From: Camelus dromedarius
Taxonomy: Eukaryota
Assembly: GCF_036321535.1 (NCBI RefSeq)
Contig: NC_087461.1
Location: 21,204,001-21,268,000 of the forward strand
Length of the DNA stretch: 64,000 bases
Direction of reading: 5' to 3'
Positions 25,655 through 38,719 of the stretch are shown here, one piece after another. Each line of letters starts with the position of its first letter. Within the stretch, counting starts at the first letter, position 1. The notes beneath the pieces were generated by a model. The model saw only the letters and a program-made list of their open reading frames with translations. It did not search any database and was not told the DNA's origin. Made by a program: the position numbers and the translations under genes.

Positions 25655-27179
25655 TTGCAGTTTGTCTTGGCCTTTGGCTCACTTAGTTGGGGGGAGGGGG
25701 TGGGGGCGGGGACACTGGCTTTCTGGGCGTGAGCGCTTTCCTCTTTAGTTGCTTGAGGCAGTAACAGTAAGTTTTCCTTCAGAAACAGGCTCACAGGCTC
25801 TCCTCCCCACCACGTCCCTCCCCACAGCCCCCAAACACGCACACCCTGTCCCTACCCCATACACTGTCTTGATTTTTGGCTAAATTTGTTGGGTGCCAAA
25901 TAGATGTATCATGCCTTCAAACCTGTACCCGAGGGAAGCGTGGCGCCTGGGGTAGGTGTGTTAGTCTCTGGTGCAGACAGGCGCCCTGGCTTTCGACTTC
26001 ACACGCTGAACAGCAGGCACAGGCGTGGTCCGATTGTCGGTAAACAGCTCGGGGAGAGGGTGCTGCGGTTCTGGGGCCGCCCCTCTGTTATCCACGACGG
26101 GGTGCATGGCGTGCTCGGCTGCCGTAGTGCAGGCTTTCCTTCCCGCAGTGCAGCCTGTAAGGAATCAAGTCACGAGCGCCAGGCGTTTCGTATTTGTCCG
26201 CGTTTCTCCTCGGTCTGCCCCCTCCTCTCTCCACCTGAGGCGCTGCCATCGCCCTGATGACAGGGCTTTGTACCTGAGAAACTGAGTTTCTCCACAAAAC
26301 AGGCAGCTGACTGGCTGATGTGAGGACCGTGGGCAGAGGGGAGCTGAAGCGTTGAGCCCTTGTAGGTGTCTGATCCTGGGATGCGTAGCTACTCAGATTT
26401 AATACGTGAAACATGTACTTAGCATTCTGCAACTCCTGAACTGTCACTAAAGAGGGAGCCAAGTCTATATTTTAGAAGGAGAGATCTGTTGTCTCAGGTC
26501 TTAAATGTGTCCATTTTTAAAGGAAGGCAGCTGTGCTTTTAAGCACCGTGTTTTTGCGTTAGTTTCCATCTCCAGATCGAAATAATCAACAAGATAATAA
26601 AGTCCATATTTAGGACAGTATTCTCAGATAGGAAGCAGTTTAAAATTATGTATTCCTTTTTTTTAAGCTCTGAAATAAGTGTGATTTGATACTACTTTGC
26701 CCCCAGAATTGAATTGCCCACTTTCAAATGTCCTGGGATGGTCTGCCCTCTGAACCACGGAGGTTCCTGGACGTGCCTGGCCTGTGCCTCCGGTGCACCG
26801 TGTGGTGTGCACACAGTCGGAGGGTGGGGGAGCCAGGGCCATCACCCAGGCTGCTAAAGTGAAGTCGTGCATCCCGGCTCCCGTCACAGCTGAATCCTGC
26901 AGCCACACCGAAAGCGCTTCCTTGGGCCCCTGCGCACGGTTTTGATTCGGTTCCGCACCAGGAAATGGGTCAGTTAGTTGGAAGCCTTGTTTGGTGGAAG
27001 TCAGGTACACTGCCGCCTTTCCCTTTTTAGAAGACACCCGTTGTCAGGACCCAGGGGCAGGGCCGGGCCGCAGAGCTCGACGTCATGGTCCCGGCGCCGC
27101 CGCTCGGGCCCCTGCCAGCAGCGCGGCCCGCGCCCTCCTGTGCTCACTAACATGTGTCTGTCCCGTGTCTCCCGTTTAG

Positions 27180-27210
27180 CCTGGCCAAACGGAAGCCCGA
27201 GAAGAGATGA
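27180..27210 (+). CDS. PARD3: PARD3 alternative last coding exon of the short isoform: (S)LAKRKPEKR-stop
   Basis: Branch CTCACTAAC at 27143-27151, then ctcccgtttAG|C CTG GCC AAA CGG AAG CCC GAG AAG AGA TGA. Phase fits the 22859 donor (AG+C = Ser). Matches the recalled short-isoform end GDMF-SLAKLKPEKR. Confidence 0.92.
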
Positions 27211-27300
27211 CCTCCAGAGGCACACTGTCTTAAGAAGCACACATTGCACACTTGTCTGTCAGTTTTTTGTTTTTGTTGTCTTTTTTTTTTTTAAGAAAAC

Positions 27301-27306
27301 AATAAA
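27301..27306 (+). terminator. Polyadenylation signal for the short PARD3 isoform (cleavage expected near 27320-27335)
   Basis: AATAAA 91 nt after the TGA, U-rich tract upstream (27263-27292), GU-rich downstream (gtggctgttg, gttttgttt). Confidence 0.8.
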
Positions 27307-29479
27307 TGTACTTTTAACGAATTCTTCGTGGCTGTTGACAAGTTTTGTTTACGACGCCAGCAGTTTGGGCGTTTGGTGATTTCTGTCATTGTGGATTTGG
27401 AACCTCTTTGTTCTGGAGGGCAAGCTGGGGGCTGAAGTCCAGCTGGGCGAAGCAGAGATGTGTTTCTGCCCCTCCCAGTTTCCCTCTCTGCTTTCTTGGC
27501 CCTTTCTCTTGGTGGGACCCCCGTGCTCCTGGCGTGTTTCTGAACCCAGCAGCACTGCGTCAGGTGTGAGGCTGGGGCTCTGGGAGCATGAATGTCCCGG
27601 TTCGGTTTCGTTGTGTGACACGTGGCTGGGGACACGGGCAGGTGGAGGAGAGAGTCCGTGGGCACTGAGGCGTGTGGGTCGGGAGTGGCACCCATCAGGT
27701 GATGGACCTGGGGGCCGGTTCAAAAGGGACTTTCTGGCCAGTGGGTTACGCAGTTGAGAGGAATACGGGGGCGGGGCTGAGGAAAGGATGTCTGTGCTCG
27801 GGTTCTGCTGGACCTTCCAGCTCTTCCAGCGGGAGGAAGCAGAGACTTGGGCAGACGGTAATCCGAGGTTTGCTGGGACCCAGGGCGTGCGAGCACACGC
27901 TCTTTTATGAAAATGTTTCTGGGAAGAGCTGCCATCTCCAGGTGTTGCAATCCCAGATGTGAAAGCTCCTGCCGTGGATCTTAGATGGTTCTTCCTTTGG
28001 AGTGAAGCCTTGGGCCACAAGCCTTTCCTCCTTCATGGCCCCCGCGGGATGTCAGAGAGACGACACAGTGAGCCCTGTTTCCTGAGAACGCTAGAGCCGC
28101 GTCCTGTGACAAGAGAAATGTGGGGCTGGCGAGGAAGAGCGCCGATAAGTGGTACTGTGGTACTGGGGCGGGGGCTGGGGAGGAGGACTCACCTCTGCTC
28201 TGTTCTGACCTGGTCGCCACTGGCAGCCCCACCCCGCCCCCTCCCCGGCCAGCTCAGCCCTCCTGACTGTCATTTCAGGACGATGTGCTCATGTCAGAGA
28301 TACCAGGGCTTGTGGATTGGGCTGGGGCCCAGCTGCCCTGTGGAGTAATGGGACCGGTTCTCACTGGTAAAAATTAATCCACGGCAGCCCTGCTGGTGGT
28401 TCAGGGATGCAGCTACAATAAACGTGTCGAAAATGATGCCCATTTAATGGGACGCAGGAGCAGTACTTTGTGCTGGGAAATAAACGCGCTGGAACAGCGA
28501 TTTTGCATCATTTTCTTTTCTTGTCTATCATCTGGACAGAGAACAGGTCTGTCGGAGAAGTACACGCAATGGGAGGTTTCCCTGGAATAAGCTGTGAATT
28601 TGTAAATCCTGTACTTCGTATATGGTTCTTTTAATTTGAATGGAAATAGTGTAAAATGAGTGTGAGACCGACCTGTTGTCAGAGACAGTTCCAGGGCGGC
28701 CCAGAGCATCCTCCGCGAAGTTTCTTCTGGTCCTCGTTAGAGTCTGAAGCGGGGAGCCCCTGACACCTCCAGCGTGCAAGCTGACTGCAGCGGGAGCAGC
28801 AGGGCTCCGAGCGTGACGGCCGGGCCTGGCCAAGACCTTTTCTGATGTTTTTTTCACACTGCTTTTCCAGAAACTCGCGGCCTGAATACAGAACTCAGAT
28901 GTCAAGGATGACACCTACTTTCTAGTCTCTGTAAAGCAAACCTTTTCGTAAAAGAAATTTTTGACAGTTCTGAGATGCTAAGTCAATTTCGATTCCAGAC
29001 TGTGTAGAAAATGGAATTCCTTTTTCTGCAGTTGATGTGAAAATTGAAGGCTGGTGACTATTCAGTCCTTGCTAACCCAGGGTAAATAAATACCATCTCT
29101 CCACTGAAACGTGCCCTGGAAGACGGGCTTGGCTGATGACATTTACCACAACATACATGGGAGGTCGTCTTTCTGAATGTTTTCATTTGTTACCCTTAGA
29201 GGCTCTGTATCTTTTACATTAAACGTAATGGATCAAGTACATGTTATTCCCCAGTGCGTTTTTATCAAGCCACAGATTATTATATAAAAGCAATGTTTTG
29301 ATCCTCTCCAACAGTCTTTTAAAGAATTCACGGGGGAGGTGACCTCTTACATAATTGAATGTTGGATGGTTTTCTTCTGACCTGTGTTTAATAATAGCCA
29401 GTTTGGAAACAAAAGATGAAAATTGGCTTAAATTTCATGTCAGAGTAAAATAACCAGGTCTCCTCTTAACCTTTCTACT

Positions 29480-30150
29480 CACATTTTTTCCTTTAGGACA
29501 GATGAGCTCTAAGCCCACCCTTTAAGCTCAGAACTGATAATCCTCGCATGTTCAGCGCCCCGCCCCCTCCTGAATGGGGGCAGCAGCCCCCAGCTCCCCT
29601 CCCTGCTTCCTGCTGTGTGTCCCTTACTCCGCAGCTGCGGAGTCACCGCCTGTCCCTCCTCTCAACCCCCCGGAGCCTTCCAAGTCCTGGAGTGAAAGCA
29701 GAAAGGCTCTGTCTCCCAGTGGGTCTGCAGGGTCCATCTGCCCCCAGCCTCTCACCTCATCCCCCCTTTCCTCTGTGGACGTCACTCTGACTTCCCTGCC
29801 TCTTCTCTGAGCTGCCACCGGTCCAGCCTCTGATCCCACTCTGTCCTCCACCCGAATAATCTTTTCTGCAATGATTAAGGGTTCACTCTTGGACCTCCAG
29901 TGTCTTTACTCAACTGTCAGCTTCTCAGGGGCCTGCCCAGTACCGCAGACGGCCCCTCCCCCGGGACATGTCCTGCCCCACTTTCCGGCATTATTTTCCT
30001 TCTTCACTTACCACGCCCTGACATGCCGCGCCTCCCACTTACTTGGTTTAGTAAGATGTTGGCCGTGGCAGGGACCGTCAGCCCTTTCTCCTGGCTGTAT
30101 TCCTCGTGGGCTGCCTGGTGCATCGCTGGTGCCCAGTGAGTGTGAGGGGT
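29480..30150 (+). mobile_element. Probable old L2 LINE fragment
   Basis: Pyrimidine-rich degenerate sequence resembling L2; by eye only. Confidence 0.35.
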
Positions 30151-32330
30151 GCTGGGGCGCCGTCCCCCGTCAGTGCCGCCCCAGCCTCGTTGTGGGATGC
30201 CCCGAGAAAGCCGGCGTGAGTGTGCTCCAGGCCCCACAGCACAGGGCTAGGGTGCTCAGGTGCGAGCCTGTGCCCTTCTCCCTGAGAGTGCACGGCAGGT
30301 CCTGGGGGCCTGTCGCAAACGTGGCATTGCGGGCCCCACCCAGCCCTGTGGACGTCAGAGCCACAGTGGATCAGGCCGGGAGCGCCCTGAGCCTGTGCAG
30401 ATGGGAGGCCTTGTCCCTCCTCCCTGCTCCAGGGTTTGCCCACACATCGCGTGCGCCCGGCCCGCAGTGGGACGGGCTTGGGGACGTCCTTTCGGCTACC
30501 TCTCCTGCCCTCATCACTGCCTCCCACCAGAGTCCCTCCAGACCACCGCCCTGAACCCTTGTCTCTCCTGGTGGAGTCCAGACTGAGACAGCGTGTTTGC
30601 TGGGTGAACAGATAAACAAGTGCATAGAATTGCTGGGGACAGTGGTGACTGTGACGTTCTGGGTTTCGGTGCATTGACCACCCGGGGCAGGGCGCCTGCT
30701 TGTCCCCGTCTTGGGGAGGTGATATGGCTTCCCGAGCCAGCCTGTGGCCGAGGAGCCGGTCCCCAGACGGCAGGCCTTTCACACTCAGAGCTACATCGTG
30801 TTCTCGGCTGTGGAGGCGCTGTTTTCTCTGCTCTTGGGAGCCGTAAGTGATTGAAGTGTTTTCTGTTACATCAGACTTGCAGAAAAGATGAGGCGCTGCC
30901 AGGTGAAATGCTTCGTGTCAGGCGGGGCCCAGCCTCCTGGCTGCGGGTTGTGTGGTCACCGGGTCGTGGACTCAAGCAAGGAGTAAATGTTAAAATTGCC
31001 TTATTAATGTCTTCCTAAGCCGCAAACGTCAGGCTCCAGGAGACCGTGTAAGATTCCATCCCTAAAGAGGCCAGAAGCTTGGTTTTACTGCTCACAAGCT
31101 CTGTGAACACCTGCCTGGAGACAGTGGCCTTGTGTCCGGCCTCCTCCTTGTGTTGGCCACCCCGCGGGGTTCAGCGTGCGGCCTGACCCCCCTGTAGGGG
31201 CGCCCCGGAGCTCCCATTTCCCTCCCAGCCCATGGGCAGAGGGGTCCTGACTGTGAAGTGAGGTGGGGCTTGAGGCCCGGGGTGGGAGGGGCAGCCCAGC
31301 CCTGTGTCTCCCACAACGTGTGTCGTGTTTACAAGGTAACCGACTTCTCTTCTGCATGGAGAACATCACGTCTCTGGCTCATGATCTTCCGGTTTATGTC
31401 ATAATTCCAGTCCCTGAAGAAAGAACAGGACTTTGCAGCGAACGGAACGGACACAGACTGACTGCAGAGCACCCCCGTCTGTGCTGGGGTCTCTCTTAAT
31501 TCAGAGGATGATCTGCGGTCACCTCCTGGCCCTCGGTTCTGAATCGGGCTGCTGGGCTGGCCATTACGACTTCCTTTAGGAGACGAGCCCCCTCAGGTGG
31601 CATGCGTCCTGCCGTGTGCGGTCAGTGAGCGCTGCTGCCCAGAGCATTACTCTCCCCGCTAATGCTCCGCATCACCCTGCAGGTGGGTGCTCTTTCTAAC
31701 CCATTTGATGGATGAAGAAATGAAACCCACAGGTGGGGAGAGGAACCAGTCACCGAGGCCACGTGTGGGCGAAGGAAGAGCCGCTGGATTGGAACGCCAG
31801 CCCCATCGAGGGCCGGCCACGTTCCTGCCCCTCTGCCGGGCCCCTGGGCCCCCCTGAGCCTCTTCCCGTGTCCTGCTGCCCCAGACCTGTGTGGGGCCGA
31901 GGCTGCTGTGATCATCGCATGAAGTGGCTGTGGCTCTGAAAATGCAGGCCCTGCCGCTGGCAGGGGGCGCGGGACTGAGCACCTTGGGAACCGGCTTTTG
32001 TTCCGCCTTGATTTCTGCAGCTTCCTTCGTCTTGGTCCCTTCTCTCCTCAAAATAATTCTTAAGGCCTCAGAACTTTCACTGTTAATTAAGAGTGACCAC
32101 TGCCCCATCCCTTGTCCGCAGCCGCCCCTCGCACCTGTCTGCGCCGCACCTGGGCGGCTGGTGATGCCGACAGGACCCCAGTTGGCTCTTGCTCTGCCTT
32201 CAGGAGGGCCCTGCAGGCCTGGCAGCGCTCTGCCCCCTCCTGACTCCACGCCATCTCGTGCCTCAGATCTTGCTGCATCTCTGCTGCTTCATTTATTTTC
32301 CTCTCTTTTTTCCTCTTCTGCTGTTTTAGT

Positions 32331-32472
32331 TTTTTTTTAATTGAAGTTCAGTCAGTTACAATGTGTCAGTTTCTGGTGGCCAGCGTCCTGTTTCAGTCAC
32401 GTGTGTGCATACATACATTTGTTTTCATATTTTTTATTACAGGCACCACAAGGCGTTGAAGAGAACTCCCTG
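32331..32472 (-). mobile_element. L1 3' end fragment (camelid type)
   Basis: ttttttttaattgaagttcagtcagttacaatgtgtcagtttctggtg...; same family as 7300-7460, opposite strand. Confidence 0.8.
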
Positions 32473-34104
32473 TGTGTTTTTCTCTCTCAAAATAGTTGAG
32501 GCCATTCTTTTCCCGAGAATACGTTCTCAGCCTCCACTTCCTCAGCTAATCCTCTGGTGTCTCCTCTGCCCCCGTCCCTCTGGCCCTGGCTGCATCCGTG
32601 CGCCCGCGTGGGCACCTGCCCGTGCTGGGATGCACTCCACCCTGGGGCCTCGCTCTGCTGGGCTGTCCCTGTCTCTCTGGCTCCTTTGCTTCGCGCGCCT
32701 GTCTGGGATCCTCAGCCCCAGCCTTGGCAGACGCCCAGCACTGCTTGCAGGGACTTACCTCATTTCTGCTCTTAGAGCTGATGTTAGCTGTTAGCAAAGC
32801 CTCTCAGCTGTGCTTTCCACTTCCGAGAATTTCAGGTTTCTTTTCTTCCCTTTTTAATTCTGTCTCCATTTAGAATAAAGCACTAAAAACGTTTTGAGTT
32901 GAGAGAACGAGTGCATCTACTCCTTCATCGCAGTCTAGGTTGATTCTGGAACAGTTTTAAGAAAGTAAACCTTGGTCACAGGTGCTCTCCCAGGACAGTG
33001 GTTTCCCTCTGGTGTCTTTCTGGAGCATCGCCACGCCGTGGGCACAGCACTGGCGTCATCTGTGTAGCTCGGCGTCTGCTGCACACCTGGCTTGTCCTGA
33101 GCACAGCAGGGAAGGGGGAAGGGCGATCGCCTTGGTCAGATGTGTCTCCAGTTCAAGGTGAGTGTGAATGAGCAGGAAGGCTCCCAGTGGGCCGTCACTA
33201 TTTCAGCACTTCATGATAAGCGTCCTATTAAAGATTAACTTTCCCTGCTCCTCTGCAAACTGGCCAGTGAGAGCTGCAGATCTGGGGCCCAGAGGTCTGC
33301 AGCCTGTGAAGGGTGGCGGGGCAGCGTGTCCCTGGACAGGTGCTCCAGCAGGAAGGGCAGGTACCTGACACGGGCCGGCGGTGGCCCCTGGTCCTGGTTG
33401 CCTCTCAAGGGAGCCGCTTCCTTCTCCCACCATGTCCAGTCCTGCCTCTGTGTCCCCATCAGCCGCCCGGTCACGTGACCCCGACGCCAGCACGTAGTCC
33501 TGCAGGTGCATACGGTCCACAGGAGTCACGTGGGCAGTGAAATTAACTGGCTGTTTTACTGGGAAAGAACTGTTCCTAACATGAGCGGGTGGATTGTTTT
33601 CAAGTCTGGTTATGGGGTGTGTATGGGTTTAGAGTAATGGTGAGGTGAAAGCTTTAATTCGTACGTTTCACAAATACTTACCGGGGGCCTGCTGGAGCCT
33701 AGGCATGAGGCCAGCTTCGGGGGATTTGGCGGTGGGTGTAATGGAGCGCTGAAGGGCAGTGAGTGCATCGGCTCGGCCGTTGGGGGCCTCGGGAGAGGGC
33801 CTGTGGGGCCCCGGGGAGCAGGTCAGGGTGAGTGGCTCCAGCCCAGGAGGCAGAGGCAGCCTTCCTCCGGAAATTGAACCCAACCCCGAGCTCTCACTGA
33901 TGTTGCGAGTTCTGTATCTGAAAGGGGTTCCGGGTTCAGACGCTTTTGACAGGATCCTCCCACCTGCACATCCCGCCAGCAACCCGTGTGCTCACCTGCA
34001 GAAGTGACTCAGAGGAACACTGTGCAGGTGGCCCGGCCCCTCCTCCACGGGCTGGGCTCTGGCACACGTGGCTGGGAGGCAGCAGAGGGCAGAGATCAAG
34101 GGCC

Positions 34105-34285
34105 TGGACTCTGAAGTCAGATTGCTCGGGTCCAAATCCCCGCTGGGCCGTCAGCAGCCTTACGTCTGGGGCAAGTTAATGAACACCTCTGTGCTTTCCT
34201 TTTCTCAACTGTCAAGTGTGGATAATAATGGTACCTGCTTCACAGGGTTGCTTGGAAGCTAAAATGAGTGAATCTGTACAAAAGA
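34105..34285 (+). mobile_element. MIR SINE
   Basis: ggactctgaagtcagattgctcgggtccaaatccc...ggcaagttaatgaacacctctgtgctttccttttctcaactgtcaagtgtggataataatggtacct is the MIR core. Confidence 0.75.
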
Positions 34286-35175
34286 CCCCCTCCTGGTGCA
34301 GAGAACGCCCCATGTGACTGCCGGATGCCACGTGGGCACTGTTACTGCTCTGTAACTCATTCTTGGAAAATGCTGGGTGAGTCCGGCCAGTTTTACGTCT
34401 TTAATGGGTTGCAACACAACTTGAAAAATGCTGCTTAGGTGGTAGGAATCTTCCAGGTTTGCAGAGGTTGGGGGGGCAGGGCGGCCTGTCATGGACTCCT
34501 GACCCAGTTAGGACCTTATTCTAACTTTGGGAAGCCATTGAAGGGACTGGCTTGATAAAATTTACATTTTTTTAAGAAAATTAAAATTTTTAATTTTAAA
34601 AATTAAAAGGGCTGAACCAGAGAGAATGCAGGACCTCTGCTGGGCCGCTGTTGGAAGAATGCTGCTCAGAGAGGGCGGTGGCTTGAGGGGACAGAGATGT
34701 GGCATCTCTTTCTCAGGAGGAGCCCAGGGGTCTTGCTTATTTGATTGGATGGAAAAGAGCAGGAGGGAAGGAACCCTGAGAAGTAATTCCCAGGTCGTGG
34801 CCCCATCAGCTGGGCGGAGAGTCACTCGGAGGAGGTTCATATTTGGAGGACGCGGGCCGCGCTGACCCTGGCGTTAACCTGTCTGCAGGTGAACGCGCAG
34901 GCGACGCGGGCCGATGGGGGAGGCCTGGCAGTGCCGAGGTCTGGGAGCTGAAGGTGCAGGAGGTGACTTTTGTGCCCCCACGGTGTCCGTGGACGGGCTG
35001 CCTGGGAAACGTGTGCGGGGAAGGGGCGGCGAGGCCTCAGCTGTGAGGACCCTTCGGATGCCGGGGCTCAGCATGGGGACTCAGTCAGCAGGAGGAGATG
35101 CTGGCGACCAGGAGAGGCCGCCGCAGGGAGAGGAGGACAGACGAGGGCGGCCGTCAAAGCCAGGGCAGGAGTGTG

Positions 35176-35601
35176 ATTCTTTATTTTATTTTGTTTTACT
35201 TTCTTCTTTTCTGTTTTGTTGAAGTATATAGTTGCTGTACAGTGTTATGTGAGTTACAGGTGTACAATATAGGGACTCACCATTTTTAAGGATTCTACTC
35301 ACTTCTGTAGTTATTATAAAATACTGTGCCTGATGCCGTGTGTTGTACACTATATTTTTTGTAGTCTGTCTTACACCCAATAGTTTGTACCTCTTAATCC
35401 CCTCCCTCTAGCTCACCTCCCCCTCCGGTCACCACTAGTTTGTTCTCTGTATCTGCTGCTTTAAAGAATGAAATTCTGCCATTTGCAGCAGCGTGGATGG
35501 ACTTGGAGGCCATTGTTAAGCTGAGTGAAATAAGTCAGGCAGAGAGAGACAAATACTGAGTGCTTTCATTTAAACACGGCATCTGAAAGATACAGCAGAC
35601 T
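35176..35601 (-). mobile_element. 5'-truncated L1 with 5' inversion (minus-strand 3' UTR 35176-35455, inverted piece 35456-35601)
   Basis: T-rich tail, L1 3' UTR reversed up to ...ctagtttgttctctgtatctg, then plus-strand aaagaatgaaattctgccatttgcagcagcgtggatggac. aggagtgtg flanks both sides (35167-35175, 35602-35610). Confidence 0.8.
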
Positions 35602-35865
35602 AGGAGTGTGCGCCTTAGGAATTAGAAGGATGTGCACAACGGTGCTTCCGCTGAGAGGCCGCCAGTGCTCATGTGCTCATGGCCTTGGCTGCAGGGGACC
35701 TGCTGACGTCGGGAGATGTCCCTGGACCATGCGGCACGGTGGCCATTGTTCCGTGCTGTACTTGAGTGTCTCCGTGTGACTTCAGTACAGACAGAACCTC
35801 CTGACGCTAATGCTTGTTCCACGTTAAAGAGATCATATATCAGCTCCTGTTTTAAGAGGGGAGGT

Positions 35866-35952
35866 GGGGGAGGCTGTAGCTCAGGGGTGGAGTGCGTGCT
35901 TAGGGTGCACGAGATCCTGGGTTCAATCCCCAGCACCTCCATTTAAAAAAAA
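35866..35952 (+). mobile_element. tRNA-Ala-derived camelid SINE
   Basis: gggggaggctgtagctcaggggtggagtgcgtgcttagggtgcacgagatcctgggttcaatccccagcacctccatttaaaaaaaa. Confidence 0.9.
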
Positions 35953-38029
35953 CTAAAACCACAAGCACAAAATCCTGTGCCAGATTTCCGTGGTCTTGAG
36001 CAGTAGAAGTGGTGTGTTAAGTGGCATGTGAATTCCAACTTCAGGCTTTCACAAGGGATTGTGGAAATCAGGGTGGGAGGAATTGATTTTTTTAAGCAAG
36101 CCATTGCCTGGCTGTCAGCTGGGGGGACGGTGCCTGGAATGGCTGGTCTTGGTGTCTGGGGGTCGCTCTTTCCCTCGGGGGGAGAGTTTACCTCCCCCGA
36201 TCTCAGCTCGTCCGTGTCCCCCATGGGCAGTGCGGGAACAAGCCAGCAGGTACTGATGACTCCGCTGCAAAGTGACAACAGTGCCTCCTCCAGCCTCCTC
36301 TCCCACTTACGCAACAAGGACAGTCCTCAGGTCACAGAGGGGGGCGGCTTCGTCAAAGCGCCAGCTTTAAAATTACCTTGTGTGGAAGCCTTCCTTTGTT
36401 TGTTTTTTTGAACATCGTGACATGGAGCCACTGGGACGCAGCAGCAGCCGCCCGCGCTCCAGACCGCAGCTGTTTCCCCAGGACTCATGAGGGTTCAAAA
36501 ATTTTTTTAGTAAACTGTGATTTGCAGATATCTTTTGTTTTTCAAGGCAGCCCTGCTCATGTTTTATGTTCCATCCAAGGGGCTGTGATGTTCCCAGAAC
36601 GTTCGAACCAGTAATGGTTTATATGGGCCGTTGAATCAGTTATCGAGCGCGCCTGTGATTTCAGTCCGTTGGCCCTTCCTGGAGGGGCCCTGGCTGGGCT
36701 CTGCCTGTTTGCATCACACTTTAAAACCTTGTTATTATTTTTACATGCATTTTTAATGTCACGAATCATTCTGTGGATTCTTTATAGTCATGGTTGCATT
36801 CAGAAACATTTCAGCTAGATTTCTTTCTGGGAATTTATTTCCCAGGAAAGAGTGGAATTATGTGTATTTCCTGCTGTGACACAGGTTTGACTTCTGTTAT
36901 GTTTCCGGTAACATTATAAACTAAGTAATTGTTAAAAAGCAGAAAACATAACTACTTATCTATTGTTTGGTCAGAGTTAGAAACAATAACCAGGCCTTAG
37001 AAGATTATTACTAAGATTTGAGGTCTATCTTCTCATTTTTAATGAACAAATAGGAAAAAACATATAAGACGTTTTTCCTATGGAACTCTTCTTTGGGAAA
37101 AGTCCCATGTTTAAATACAGCATTATCCCTATGGGTCTCGGTGTCTTTACTGTCAGTTTGACGTGTTCACCTGCAGAGTGGACCCCTGTCTGTTTAGTCT
37201 GGCAAAACTCCTTTGAACGTTATTTTCCTTGTGAGCTGGAGGTTATCTAATTCACTAAGGCAGAGTTTTCATACTATTTCCAGGTAGTCTGGTCAGCAGT
37301 GGAAAAGGGTGTTTTCTTCCTGAAGGGTCCGCTGCGGTCCTGAGTGCGCGCAGCTGAGAGACAGCGGCTAATTAGAGAGAAACGCTGTTAACAGCCGGGC
37401 GACAGGAAGTGTGCGGCGGCGTCCTGCCCCCGGCCAGAGGGATGCCCCCGAAGTGCCAGGAGCAGTGAGGGGAGAGGAAGCTGGTTTTGACTCCAGGCTG
37501 TTGTTTCTCCTGTCTTTCTGCCGAAAGCCTCTGCCAGCTGGAATGGCGGTGCTGGCTGAGTAGGGGGCTTCATCTCAGTGGGTGCTTCTGGTCGTCTCTG
37601 TCAGAGCGGCCCTTCCCCTCTTGGGAGGCCGTTGGCCCCCTCCTGCCCTCCAGTGCCCACCGTGGGCTGACCGAGGGGGCGTCTTGAGAGAAAGCTGGCT
37701 GCTGGGAGTGGAGGGCTGGAGCGGTCGGGGCATCGATGTGAACACAGGATCATTTGCAAAGACGCTGCGAAGAACAGTCTCCTTTTGTCAGCGGGGGATC
37801 CGAGCACATGGGGAGAAGCGTTGCTTCTCGCCTCCTTACCTCCAGGATCTCATCTGTGAGACGGCGCTCTGGTTGTGGCGCAGGCCCACGTGACTGGATT
37901 AAACGAGGCATGGTTTGTATCTCTCTAATTTCAAGGAAGTCTCCAGACTGGCCATCCATGGTCGTGTGGTGGCCTCATTGTCAGCAGAGTCACTGCCTCC
38001 TTTTCTCTCGGCCGTCCTGAACACAGATT

Positions 38030-38530
38030 TCCTTATTTTCTTAATTATGGCAAAGCATTCATAACATTTACCATTTGAGTCATTTTTAAGTGAACTGTTC
38101 AGTGGCACTAAGTGCGTTCATGTTATTGGGCAACCGTCACAACTGTCTGTCTCCAAAAGTCTTTTCATCTTATGAAATGGAAACTCTCTCCCCTTTAAAC
38201 AGTAACTTCAAGTTCTCCACCCCGGCCAGCCCCAGCACAATCCTTCTGACTCCCCACCTTTCTGAACTTGACGACTCCAGGTATTTCATACAGATGGATT
38301 CATCCAGTGTTCATCTTTTTGTGACTGTCTTATTTCACTTAGCCTAATGTCCTCAAGGTTCAGACATATTATAACCTGTGTCAGAATGTCCTTCCTTTTC
38401 AAGGCTGAATAATATTCCACTGTATGTGTGGAATATATTCTTTTGTTTCTCCATTCATCCATCCACAGACTCTGAATTTGCTTCCACCTTTTGGCTTACT
38501 GTGAATAATGTGACTATGAACATGAGAGTC
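38030..38530 (-). mobile_element. Old L1 (L1MB-like) 3' fragment
   Basis: atttaccatttgagtcatttttaagtgaactgttcagtggcactaagtgcgttca...cttatttcacttagcctaatgtcctcaaggttca...ttttcaaggctgaataatattccactgtatg. Confidence 0.8.
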
Positions 38531-38719
38531 TTAACATTTATTCTCTCCTGTCACTTCATGGTGACATCCCTGGCATCTTGTCAGAATTTGAAGCAGGAAG
38601 AAGCAGGAAGGGGAAAAGAAACCTGCTGGTGGAGTGGACCCTTTCTAAGGGACTTCCTGGAAGTGCCACCATCAAGAGCCAGAAATTAAGAATAACATGG
38701 TGATAAAATAGTTAATATG

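Noticed and set aside
25491-25842. THTHTH and CVCVCV ORFs
   Set aside because: Translations of the (GT)32 microsatellite.
26978-36317. Many 100-234 aa ORFs in the GC-rich middle of the window (also 11729-12773)
   Set aside because: High GC lowers stop frequency. The frames overlap on both strands, lack domain-like composition and show no splice context.
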